Notes under the pieces: generated by a model
Told to the model about the DNA's origin: nothing
Seen by the model: only the letters and a program-made list of their open reading frames with translations
The model's database searches: none
Shown: piece after piece, positions 11,601-22,376 of the stretch
Position numbering within the stretch: the first letter of the stretch is position 1
Layout of the letters: each line of letters begins with the position of its first letter
Translations under genes and position numbers: made by a program
NCBI GenBank assembly: GCA_963734545.1
Contig: CAVTHO010000003.1
Span: 352,001 to 416,000, forward strand
DNA length: 64,000 bases
Direction of reading: 5' to 3'
Source of the DNA: an uncultured Spirochaetota bacterium
Lineage (GTDB): Bacteria > Spirochaetota > Spirochaetia > SZUA-6 > Fen-1364

Positions 11601-14600
11601 TTCAATTTCCATGCGCTGGGTGTCCTGATCATCAGCGGGAGCGGCGTGGCAGGTGACTTCGATGTCAGCATGTCGGTGGGATCGAGTCTCTCCTCTGTCA
11701 TGACCGCCGCAAACGTCTCCGCGCGGGTCATATTCAATACGACGGGAGCCGACCAGAGCGTGACCATTCCGGCGGCATTCCTGCCGCTGCTGAGCCAGCA
11801 GACAAAGAATCGCCTCGTGGACAATGGCTCCGGCCTCAAGATGTACGTGGTTTCCGGCGGTGCACCGCTCGTGGACGGAACCACGGCCAGCCCCGGCACC
11901 TATATTGTCGCCCGTTTCGATGCCACCCTCACCCTCGGCGGCTTCTGGTCGCTCGCGGGGCACTTCCGGCTGGCTGCCGGCCCGGGCTTCTTCGAGCTGT
12001 CTGCCAGCGCCTCCCTGAACCTCGGCTTCCTCGGGAGCCTCAATGCCACGGGGTTCGTGCAGATAACGAGCGCGGGAATCGCGGGAAGGTTCTCAGTCAG
12101 CGGCACCATGCAGACAACCGGATTCAGTCTTACCGCCGCCGCTTTCTTCGAGGTCAACACCACCGGCTCTGCCGTGAACACCGGCACCGCCGTCATCCAG
12201 CCCGGGTACCGGGTTTCCTTCACCGGCACGGCAAGCTTCCTCAATTTCTGCCAGGCCACGGCCACGGGATACGTGAGCATAGATGGCACCGGCCTGCAGC
12301 TCTACTTCGACGGGACCTTCACGATCGGGCCTCTCTCCTTCGGTGCATCGGCGTATGTCGGGGTCTTCTCTACAGGCATCGTTCTGGATGCCCATGTCTT
12401 CTTCAAGACGAACATCCTGTCCCTCTTCGATTTCGACTTCGACGGCAGGGTGCAGATCAACACGACAGGCGCGGACCTCGCCGGATTCAACGGTCCGAGC
12501 GGGTGGGTGAGCTTTGTGGACGCGAATGGAAATCCCGTCACCATCCCCCACAACTCCTTCTATCTGGACGTGCAGGCAAAACTGAACGTGCTCTCGGTCA
12601 TTCAGCTCAGCGGCAGGCTCATCGTTTCCGTGGAAAATGGCGGCTGGTCCATCACGATTCCCGCAAGCAACAAGCTGAGCGCGAGCCTGTTCGGCATGAT
12701 GACCATCTACGGCTACGGCTTCCTCAACTCCCAGGGTCATTTCGATCTGCATTTCGGCGGCGGAGTCGGTCTTCCCTACTACGGGGCCAGCACCGGCATC
12801 CAGGGAGATATCTTCTTCGACGCCTCGTTCCTCGGCACCACGTTCCACTTTGGCGCGGGCGGCAGCTTCAGCGCAAAATGCGCGGACGTGAACCTGATCG
12901 GAGTATCGGTGAGCCTGTCCGCCGATGGGACCCTCGGCCAGTCCATGAGCCTCGATCTGACCGTGAGCGGGACCGGGACTGTTCTGGAGACCGTCATAAA
13001 GATCGTGCGGATGACCCTGGAGGCGGCGCAGGACATCGGCGCCGCCATCGTCAACTTCCTGGGCTCGCTCGGATGCGAGATCCTGAGCTGGTTCGGCGCC
13101 TGCGACCAGTGGGTGGACGTCGAGATGCCCAGCACGGAGTGGGTCACCAAGCTCTTCAGCTTCACCATCCACCTGGCAACCATCCAGCTCCCCAGCAGCC
13201 TCGCCAACAGCGCGCCCCCGCCGCCGAACCTGGCGGACCTTTCCGGCGGTGTCCTGACCTTGAATGTCGGCTCCCGGGCAGCTTTGCGGGGCGTCCAGCC
13301 GGGGAATCTGGATGAAAACTTCTCCATCTCCCACGTGTCAGGGACTGCCGGGAATGAAACGCTGATCGTCACCGCCTTCGGGGTCTCGGAGACTTACACC
13401 GGTGTTTCTTCGATCTCCGCGGACTTCGGAAACGGTAATGACATATTCGTGGCTGCTCCCGGGGTCCTGGTGAGCGCCACGATCTACGGCGGAGCCGGCA
13501 ACGACACCCTCGTTTATTCCGGATCCGGGTCCGGCGCGCTTTACGGCGGGTCGGGGGATGACGTGCTCACCCTCGGCAGCGGTGTCGCGGCCGGCTCCGC
13601 CTACGGCGGGGACGGGAACGACCAGCTCACGGCAGAGATCACCGGCCCGGTCGGGGTGTCCCTGTATGGCGAGGCGGGCAACGATACTCTGGCCGGAGGC
13701 GCGGGAAGCGACATTCTCAGCGGCGGAGACGGGAACGACATCCTTCAGGGTCGGGGCGGAGCGGATGCCATCACGGGCGGCGCAGGAAACGACACGCTCA
13801 CCGAGTACCTGGCCACCCTGGGAATGGGAGCGTCATTTGACGGCGGCTCGGGCATGGACCAGATCAAGCTGCTGGGAAGCTCGGGGGCCAATACCTTCAA
13901 GGCCGCGGCCGAAGGGACCACCCAGGTCCGGCTGAGCTCCTGTTCCGGCAGCACGGAGACGGCATACCTCCTCGGGTCGACCGTTGAAAGCCTGATCATG
14001 AACGGCGAGGGCGGCGCCGATCGGTTCGTATTTGTCGGGAACCTCCGGCAGGCGGGGGTCACGACCGTGACGGCAGACCTGAATGGGGACCCGTCCACGG
14101 ACACGGTAGAGATCTCTCTGAGCGATCAGGACGATGCCCTGAGGCTTTCGGACTACTCGGCGACACCGAACAGCCTGAGCGCGAGCTGGTCCGGCCACAG
14201 CGTGTACAACCTGCTCTCGGTGAACTCGGCGGGCGGGGACACCCTGACCGTGAAGGGCGGAGCAGGCAGCGATCTTCTCTGCGGCGCCACGGTCGCCACT
14301 TCGCCGTTCAGCCAGATTGCTTTCTACGGCGAAGCGGGGGACGACATCCTCTGCGGCACCGTGCAGAACGATCTTCTCGACGGCGGGCTCGGCAACGACA
14401 GGATCACCGGCATGGCCGGGACGGACATCTTCCAGGATGCCGGCGGCTACAACACGCTGGTAGAGGTATTCGACGCCGACCTTGGCCTCTTCGGCAATCT
14501 CTTCATCGTGGGGACCGCGCAGCTTTCCGGCAGCGGAGAGAGCCGCGTCCTGGCCGGCTTCACCGGCGCCACGGTGGAAGACATTGCCGGCGTATTCTCC

Positions 14601-17600
14601 GAGGTCCAGCTCGTTGCGGGACAGAGCCGGAACATCTTTGCCATAGGCGCCGCGGCAGGGATTGTGAACGCGAATGGCTCGGCAAGGACCGCCACCCCGT
14701 GGAACGGATTGGCCAGGCTCAATGGCGTCGGCGGAGACGATGAGTACCTGGTGGAGCTTTCCGGCCTGAGTGGGGCCACGGTGCAGGTCGTCGAATACTC
14801 GCTGATCCAGAACGGCGTGGTGGTGCAGGCGGCAGGCGGCAACGATGTCCTGACTTTCAAGGGCACCGGCGTCTCCGATACGGGAAGCGTTTCGGTGAGC
14901 GGAGGCCAGACCACCTTCTCCCTGCAGCCTGACGGCCTGGCCGTGAGCCACGTGGTCAGCACTCCGGACATCGAATCGAATCTGTTGTATCTCCGGGCCG
15001 GTGACGACGTGCTCGCCGTGAACAGCATCAACGTGGCGACTCTCGTGGCTGCCGGTGACGGCAACGACAGGATCGACGTACGGTCAATCCCCGTTGCCTT
15101 GGCGGTAAATACGGGAGCGGGGGATGACACGGTCAACGTGGGAAGCGCTGCCCCCGGGGTCGGCGGGACAGTGGACGGGATCGTCGGACAGCTCGTGGTG
15201 GAGGCCGACGGCGGCGACAATGACGTGCTGAACGTGGACGATACGGGAGACCTGACGGACAACACTGGGTACCTGACCTCCACGGACCTGACAGGGCTGG
15301 GGATGGGCGCGGGCATCCACTACGCGGGCTTCGAGTACCTGAACATCGGGCTGGGCGCGGGAAATGACACTCTGAACGTGCAGACCATCGGCGCGTACAC
15401 CACGGTGAGCGCGGGAGCGGGGGATGACACGGTCAACGTGGGAAGCGTTGCCCCCGCGAGTCGGCGGGACAGTGGACGGGATCGTCGGACAGCTCGTGGT
15501 GGAGGCCGACGGCGGCGACAATGACGTGCTGAACGTGGACGATACGGGAGACCTGACGGACAACACTGGGTACCTGACCTCCACGGACCTGACAGGGCTG
15601 GGGATGGGCGCGGGCATCCATTACGCGGGCTTCGAGTACCTGAACATCGGGCTGGGCGCGGGAAATGACACGCTGAACGTGCAGACCATCGGCGCGTACA
15701 CCACGGTGAGCGCGGGAGCGGGGGATGACACGGTCAACGTGGGAAGCGTTGCCCCCGGGGTCGGCGGGACAGTGGACGGGATCGTCGGACAGCTCGTGGT
15801 GGAGGCCGACGGCGGCGACAATGACGTGCTGAACGTGGACGATACGGGAGACCTGACGGACAACACTGGGTACCTGACCTCCACGGACCTGACAGGGCTG
15901 GGGATGGGCGCGGGCATCCATTACGCGGGCTTCGAGTACCTGAACATCGGGCTGGGCGCGGGAAATGACACCTTCACGATAGCGGACACGCATGGCGGAG
16001 AGACCACCCTGCACACGAACGCCGGCAATGACACGGTAAACGTGCTCGCGACCGGCGGGCTGACCAACGTATATGCGGACGCCGGGGATGACGTGGTGAA
16101 TGTGTCCTCCGATGCCCCCGCGGACAGCGGCACCCTGGACAACATCCTTGGCCTGCTCAACATAGATTGCGGCACGGGCATCAATACCCTGAACGTGAGC
16201 GACGAGGCGGACGGGACCGGCGATTCGGTGATCATCACCAGCAACTCGATCGTTGGTTTCTCGCCTGCTCCCATCACTTACACGGCCTCGGGAGGGACCT
16301 TCGGTGGAGGAATCAACATCGAAGGCGGCTTCGGCGGGAACTCCATCGAGATACAGTCCACGAATGACAGCCCAGGCACCACGACGACCCTCTGGTCGGG
16401 TGACGGCAGTGACTACGTTCTCGTGACTGAAACAGATCCCCTGTCGCTGGTCATCCACGGCGAGGCCGGCAATGACGTGATCTTCGCGGCAGTGGTGATG
16501 ACCGACCTTGTCATCACGGGAGACGGGGGAGACGACTTCATTACCAGCGGCTCGGGGAATGACTGGATCACCGGCAACGACGGTGACGATGTGATCCTCG
16601 CCGCCCTCGGAAATGACACGGTGTCGGGCGGCGCGGGCAACGATATCATCACCGGCGACCAGGGCATCGCAACCTGGGCCGAAGGGAAGGTCGTGCGGAT
16701 CGAGACGTCCAACCCCGGGATGGGCGGTGATGATCTTATTGCGGGAGACCTTGGCGACGACATTACCCTGGCCGGGTGCGGCGCCGACACGGTTGACGCT
16801 GGGGACGGCGAAAACGTCGTGCTCGGCGACAACGGTCTTGTACTCATCGAAGCCGGAACCGCCGTCAGGATCGAGAGCACGGACCCCGCGTACGGCGGTC
16901 AGGATTTCATTCATGCCGGCAGCGGGAATGACATCCTCTTCGGCGGGACTGCAAATGACACGATCTTCGCCGGGGCCGGAGACGATATCGCGCTGGGAGA
17001 CAGCGGACTGTTCACTCGCTCCCCGCAGGCTGCTTCGGTTCTGACTTTCAGCGCCTATGCCGGCGGGAACGTCCTGTGCACCAATACCGGCGCGAACGAT
17101 GGCGGCGGCAATGACGAGATCCACGGCGGTCCGGGCGACGACCTCATCATGGGTGAGCAGGGAGACGACCGGCTCTTTGGTGACCAGGGAGACGACGACA
17201 TCATTGGCGGCCACAATGTCCGGTTCGGGGCGGATGGCAGCGACTTCATAGACGGCGGTGACGGCGCGGATGTCGCGCTGGGAGACAATGGCACGATATC
17301 CAGACGCCCCGTGAGCGGCCAGGCATGGGTCTGGCAGAGATATCCGGCACCGTTTGCCGATGTCATACGGGACGTCGTGCTCTTTGACGATGCGGATGGT
17401 GTTGCCGGGCAATGACGAGATGCTCGGCGGGACGGGAAACGACACTCTCCATGGCCAGCGCGGCAGCGACGTTCTGAAGGGCGGCGCGGGTGACGATGAG
17501 CTGGTGGGCGGACTCGGAGATGACAGCCTTGCCGGAGACGATGGAAGCGACATCCTGGCGGGAGATACCGGAATCATTTTCCGGGCCTGGAACCCGGACG

Positions 17601-19510
17601 GCTCTCCCAGAGTGGATCCCAACGGCTCGTGGCACAAGGATGTGCTGCTGACCGATGTCGGGATCATCACCGGCGTGTATTACCTGGACAACATATCCTT
17701 CAAGGATCTGAGCCCGGCCGTGCTCGGGGACCTCCTGAATGCCGATCTGGTGCTCCTGATGGGCGCCTATAATCCTGATGGCACGCCTTACCTCGTGAAG
17801 GACGGCTGCCGCAAGGAATGGCAGACATGCCTGCTGCTCGTGAAGCTGCTGCCTGACGGAAATGACACGCTGGACGGCGGCGCGGGAGACGATTCACTGC
17901 TTGGCGGGAGAGGCGATGACGCCCTGGCGGGCGGGGACGGCAACGACCTCCTGGCCGGGGACGCAGGAAATGATCTTCTTGACGGAGGCGCCGGAGATGA
18001 CGTCCTGGTCGGCGACGAAGCGACGAGGATGACTTCAGGTGACGCGCTTCCGGACGTGCTCCATGGCCTGCACCTCATCACTGGAGGAGCGGGATACGCT
18101 GCCCCGGCGAATATCGTCATGACGGATTTGGGGGCAACGATAATCCCGGTCGTATCGGTGATTCCCGGCCGCGCAACGAGCATCCTGAGCGGCGCGTGGG
18201 GCTATCTCGGGAACGCGAACCGCCTGGTCAGGACCGACGGCACGTGGCTCCTGCCCTTTGCTTCGATCGTCACGGACGTGGCTCATCACATGGGCCTGGT
18301 TGCCGGAAACGACCTTCTCATCGGCGGTGACGGAGACGACGTGCTGGTGGGTGACACGCTGCTCGTCTTCGAGCCGACGGTAATCGTGACCGACCCTCTC
18401 CTTGATTCCGCCGGCCTCCTGCTGCGGGACCTCTCATACGCAACTGGGAAGCTGAACGAGTTCGTGTGCAGGCTCGATCATGCCATCGACGAGGCCACCG
18501 AGCATCGCTGCGTGAGCCACGTGGACGTGATCGTCGACCAGACATACCGGATCGGCTGTGACGAGCTGGACGGCGGGCCGGGGAATGACCTCCTGGCCGG
18601 GGACGACATGGCGGTGCTCTCGCCGTCGTTCACCGTGCCGCTCGGTCTGGTGAGGGATCTTGAACGCCTCCTCGACCAGGCGGAAGGGCTCGGACAGGGG
18701 TTTGACCGGGCGCTCAGCCAGATCGACGATGCGGCGCTCGATCTGCGCGAGGTGCTCGTGTCGGTGAAGTGCGGCAAGAAGACCGTGCTGAACCTCGAGA
18801 GGCACGTGGACCAGATTTTCGCAGGCAATGACTCCATCACGGGCGGCGAGGGAGACGACGTGATCGTCGGTGACCGCTGGACCGTCATGGCGCCCCGGCT
18901 CACGGTGGTTGCAGGCCCGGCGTTCTGCCACCATCACGACCACGGCTGTGACGGATGGGACAGTGATGGCGGGGCGTGCGGCAATGCCCTGGCGGACGGC
19001 TGGATCACGGGCAACGACACGCTGGACGGCGGCGCAGGAAACGATGTTGTATTCGGGGATACCGCGGCGTTCGCCGCCCCTGTGCTGGCCGTCGATCCCG
19101 GCGTCAGCAAGTGCGGCTTCAGGTCCGTGCGGGACGCCGCCGAGGATACTCTGGGGGACCTGATCGAAATGGGGCTGGGCCTCAGCAGCCAGGGAACCTG
19201 GTTCCATCTCGGTGACTGTGACGGCGGATTGTACCTGAGCCGCAGCAACGGGGCGTCGTGCGGCCATTCCTGTGACAAAGGCAAGACAGACAGCGATATC
19301 ATCCAGGGCGGAGACGGGGATGACCTGCTGTTCGGCCAGGGCGGGGATGACACTCTCCTGGGAGGCGCGGGAAACGACTGGCTCATCGGCGGTGACGGTC
19401 ATGACCACCTCGATGGCGGTCCGGGCTGCGACAAGATCAGCCACGGGTGGGACTGCTGCAGGGACTTGAGGAGCAGGGTCTTTGCCCGGCTCTCTCCGTG
19501 GACCATCTGA
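5615..19510 (+). CDS. Giant secreted LEPR-XLL-leader / RTX Ca-binding repeat protein (~4,630 aa once three +1 frameshifts at ~10943, ~15458 and ~17407 are corrected)
   Basis: ORFs 5615-11059, 10881-15524, 15424-17415 and 17354-19510 join in successive +1 frames with continuous repeat content; N-terminal KKKFQLEPLESRLLLSA; GTLSPGNSPG motif; beta-rich repeats; many GGxGxD nonapeptides from ~13430 onward. Confidence 0.85.
10200..11500 (+). repeat. Diverged ~120-130-aa protein repeats in the giant protein
   Basis: Recurring L.PGPY / LPAGPY (~10325, 10680, 11060, 11445) and GAL....GIAA(R/K) motifs. Confidence 0.7.
15112..15970 (+). repeat. Near-identical 300-bp tandem repeat (about 2.9 copies, 100-aa unit)
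   Basis: gggatgacacggtcaacgtgggaagc starts at 15121, 15421 and 15722; copy 2 has one extra base. Confidence 0.95.
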
Positions 19511-19517
19511 GAAAAAC

Positions 19518-19546
19518 AAGGGGCGCCTTTCGAGGCGCCCTTTTGC
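19518..19546 (+). terminator. Intrinsic terminator after the giant gene, probably bidirectional
   Basis: aaggggcgcct-ttcg-aggcgcccttt followed by t, with an A-run upstream; lies between convergent genes. Confidence 0.8.
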
Positions 19547-19603
19547 TGTCTCCTGCCACCTGAAGTGGTGAGCCGTTTCTCTACTTCAGTCCGCCCCACG
19601 CGA

Positions 19604-19705
19604 CCAGAGCGGTACTCCGCACTCGGCGCCCCTCGCCGTCCCTGGGCCCTACGGGGCGCCTTCCGTACATCCTGTACTCGGCGCCCCTCGCCGTCCCTGG
19701 CTACG
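19604..19705. repeat. Composite cluster of palindromic elements (REP/BIME-like)
   Basis: ccagagcggtactccgcact (19604-19623) recurs at 21118; 25-bp direct repeat at 19621-19645 and 19676-19700; nested hairpins. Confidence 0.8.
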
Positions 19706-21050
19706 GATATATTCTCGAGATGGTCCTCGGGAATGGGATGCACTCCCTGATGTGCGGGCTGCCGCAAATCCATGCGAGTGTGCGCTCGAGACCGATGCCA
19801 TAGCCCGAGTGGGGGACCGAGCCGTATTTGCGCAGGTCGAGGTACCAGCCGTAGGTGTCCTCCGGCAGCTTCTCCTCGTGGATGCGGGCGAGCAGCTTCT
19901 CCAGGGAGTCTTCACGCTGGGATCCGCCAATGATCTCCCCGTAGCCTTCCGGGGCAAGAAGGTCGGAGCACAGGACAGTCTCGGTGTTGGCGGGGTTCTC
20001 TTTCATATAGAAGGCCTTGGCCTTTTTCGGATAGTTCATGACGAAGATGGGCTTCTCGTGCAGCTTCGTCAGGATAGTCTCGTCCTCTCCGCCCAGGTCG
20101 TCCCCCCACTGGATTGCGCTGCCCTTGGACTGGAGTGTCTTCACCGCCTCGGCGTAGTCCATTCGGATGAAGGGCGTAGTCACCTTCTTGAGCGGCTCAC
20201 TGTCCCGCTCCAGCGCCTTGAGCTCTTCGGGGCAGTTGGCAAGAACGTCCGAGACCACCCTGCTCACCATGTCTTCCTGCAGTCGCATGTTGTCTTCATT
20301 GTCCGCGTAGGCCACCTCGGCCTCGAGCATCCAGAACTCGGTGAGGTGCCTGCGGGTCTTGGACTTCTCCGCGCGAAAGGTCGGTCCGAAATTGTAGACC
20401 TTGCCGTACGCCATGCAGGCCGCCTCGAGGTAGAGCTGGCCGGTCTGGGCGAGGTACGCATCCCCCAGGTCGAAGTAGGGCACGGTAAAGAGTGTCCCCG
20501 CGCTTTCTCCGATGGAGCCCGTGAGAATGGGAGTGTCGATGAGCAGAAAGCCTCTCTCGTGGAAGAAGGCGCGAAAGGAGGTGATGGCCTGGTCCCGAAT
20601 GCGCATGATGGCGTAGGGCCGGCTGGAGCGCAGCCAGAGGTGCCTGTTCTCCAGAAGGAAGTCGATGCCGTGTTCCTTCTTCGAGATGGGATAGTCGTCT
20701 GCCGGGTTCTGCACGACATCCAGGCCGGTCACGGTGAGCTCGAAGCCGGAAGGAGCGCGCTCGTCCCTGCGCACCTTGCCGCGCACCTTGACGGAGGCTT
20801 CCATTTTCAGGCCAGCGATTGCCGCGAAGCATTCGGCACCGCAGCCGGTCTCCTCCGCCACGCCCTGTATCCTGCCGCTGCCGTCACGGAGCTGCAGGAA
20901 GGCGATCTTTCCCTTGGACCGGAGATTGTACAGCCAGCCGTTGATCTGGACGTCGCTATCGACGTGTTTTCCGATCTCGGATATCGAAACCAGCTCGCCA
21001 CGGTACTCCGTGGATTCTGCTGCGCCACGGTACTCCGTGGATTTATCCAT
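19701..21050 (-). CDS. asnS: Asparagine--tRNA ligase
   Basis: OB-fold GW..NLR.KGKIAFLQLRDGSG, YLAQTGQLY, GPTFRAEKSKTRRHLTEFWM, GEIIGGSQRE, PHSGYGIGLER; RBS aaggag 6 nt upstream. Confidence 0.95.
   Translation of the reverse strand: MDKSTEYRGAAESTEYRGELVSISEIGKHVDSDVQINGWLYNLRSKGKIAFLQLRDGSGRIQGVAEETGCGAECFAAIAGLKMEASVKVRGKVRRDERAPSGFELTVTGLDVVQNPADDYPISKKEHGIDFLLENRHLWLRSSRPYAIMRIRDQAITSFRAFFHERGFLLIDTPILTGSIGESAGTLFTVPYFDLGDAYLAQTGQLYLEAACMAYGKVYNFGPTFRAEKSKTRRHLTEFWMLEAEVAYADNEDNMRLQEDMVSRVVSDVLANCPEELKALERDSEPLKKVTTPFIRMDYAEAVKTLQSKGSAIQWGDDLGGEDETILTKLHEKPIFVMNYPKKAKAFYMKENPANTETVLCSDLLAPEGYGEIIGGSQREDSLEKLLARIHEEKLPEDTYGWYLDLRKYGSVPHSGYGIGLERTLAWICGSPHIRECIPFPRTISRIYP
20996..21043. repeat. 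Two tandem hairpin elements (period 27) in the asnS 5' coding end
   Basis: cgccacggtactccgtggatt at 20996-21016 and 21023-21043; encodes STEYRG twice. Confidence 0.9.
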
Positions 21051-21117
21051 GAGACGCTCCTTCGAGATGTGTATTGGCCGACTGGACGCCCCGGCGAACG
21101 ACGTCCGCGCCCGGCGG

Positions 21118-21137
21118 CCAGAGCGGTACTCCGCACT
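21118..21137. repeat. Intergenic palindromic element
   Basis: Identical 20-mer to 19604-19623; 17-mer core reverse-complemented at 48463-48479. Confidence 0.85.
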
Positions 21138-21140
21138 TCG

Positions 21141-22214
21141 CTACACGAACTTCTCTCGCTCGCGCAGGATGACGATATCGCCCTTCTGCTCCAGCAGCTG
21201 GATGTACTCCAGCAGGTCCTGGATTGCGCGGTCGACTTCCGACTTCCTGACCTGGCCCAGGGCGTCTCCCTCCAGGCGGATGAGCTCCCGCCTGCGCTCG
21301 GAGATCGACGAGAGGAGGCGCTGCCGTACCTGCTCTTCCACTCCCTTCATCACCAGGGCGAGCTCCTTGTCCGCATAGTCGCGCATGACCTTCTGGAGGT
21401 TCTTGTCGGGAAGCTGGAACACGACGTCCATGGTGTAGAGGTTCTTCCTGATCTGGTTGGCCATGTTCGGCTCCAGCTCGGCCAGGATGGCCTGTTCCTT
21501 TCCCGGGTCCATGAATCGAAGGATCTCGGTGAGCGCGGTCTTGCCGTCCACTTCCTCGGTCACCGGCTGCCCCTGCTCGCGCACCTTGCCGCGCAGGACC
21601 TCCTCCGCCTTGCGGATGACTTCGGCATCCACCTGCTGCATTTTCGCAATGCGCGGCACCACTTCGTGCTGCACCTCCGGGCTGAGCGCCTGGAGGATCC
21701 TGGCCGCAAGCTTCGGCTCCAGGTGGGCGAGGATGAGCGCCGCGACCGGTACCGACTCCTCTCTCAGGAGCGTGATGGCCTGGTGAATGTCGATGTCCTG
21801 GAGGAAGGTGAAGGGCGGCGGTGCCATGTCCTTTCGGACCTTCGCGAGGATCTTTTCAGCTTTCTCGGCCCCGATCGAAGCGGTCAGCATCTCCTGGGCC
21901 TTCTCGATGCCGCCCTGCGCGATCAGGTCCTTTGTCTCCCGGATGTAGCCGAACTCCTCGAGGATCTTGGATGCTTCCTTCTCCTCGATGTGCTGCGTGC
22001 GGGCAATTTCCAGGGTGATGCCCTCGACCTCCTCCGGTGACATGTGCCGCAGCACGCGTGCCGCTTCGTCCTTCCCGAGGAGCATCAGGAACTGGGCCGC
22101 CTTTCGATAGCCCGTGTCCCTGCTCGTCTCCTTGATGAAACCGCGGACGCTGGGGTCTCTCCGGGGCTTGCCGGCTTTCTGCGCCTTGCGGTACTCGTCG
22201 ATGGGACCTGGCAT
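21141..22214 (-). CDS. fliG: Flagellar motor switch protein FliG (orphan paralogue)
   Basis: RKAAQFLMLLG, GGIEKAQEML, PFTFL, ILAHL, FliG C-domain SISERRRELI. Confidence 0.85.
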   Translation of the reverse strand: MPGPIDEYRKAQKAGKPRRDPSVRGFIKETSRDTGYRKAAQFLMLLGKDEAARVLRHMSPEEVEGITLEIARTQHIEEKEASKILEEFGYIRETKDLIAQGGIEKAQEMLTASIGAEKAEKILAKVRKDMAPPPFTFLQDIDIHQAITLLREESVPVAALILAHLEPKLAARILQALSPEVQHEVVPRIAKMQQVDAEVIRKAEEVLRGKVREQGQPVTEEVDGKTALTEILRFMDPGKEQAILAELEPNMANQIRKNLYTMDVVFQLPDKNLQKVMRDYADKELALVMKGVEEQVRQRLLSSISERRRELIRLEGDALGQVRKSEVDRAIQDLLEYIQLLEQKGDIVILREREKFV

Positions 22215-22376
22215 GAACGGTATGATACCCCCGGACCGGGGGCAGGTCAATGAAGGACGACGAATGTCACGGGGTACCGTGACCGGGGGGTGGGATCGAC
22301 GGCATGCACGCAGCCCCGCATGGTGCAGGGCTGCGTGGCCGCCGTGTGGTGACGCGTCGTCGTCCCGGAACGACTC

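Noticed and set aside
15112-15970. Possible CRISPR array
   Set aside because: The 300-bp units are coding and have no unique spacers; no cas genes are present.
10941-17409. Programmed frameshifting or phase variation in the giant gene
   Set aside because: No slippery heptamers or long homopolymers; similar indels occur in many unrelated genes, so sequencing error is more likely.
19752-22040. Long antisense ORFs (also 3006-4916, 15433-17670, 27548-29245, 42073-43809 and others)
   Set aside because: Shadow ORFs opposite well-supported genes, expected with GC-rich codon bias; no recognisable motifs.
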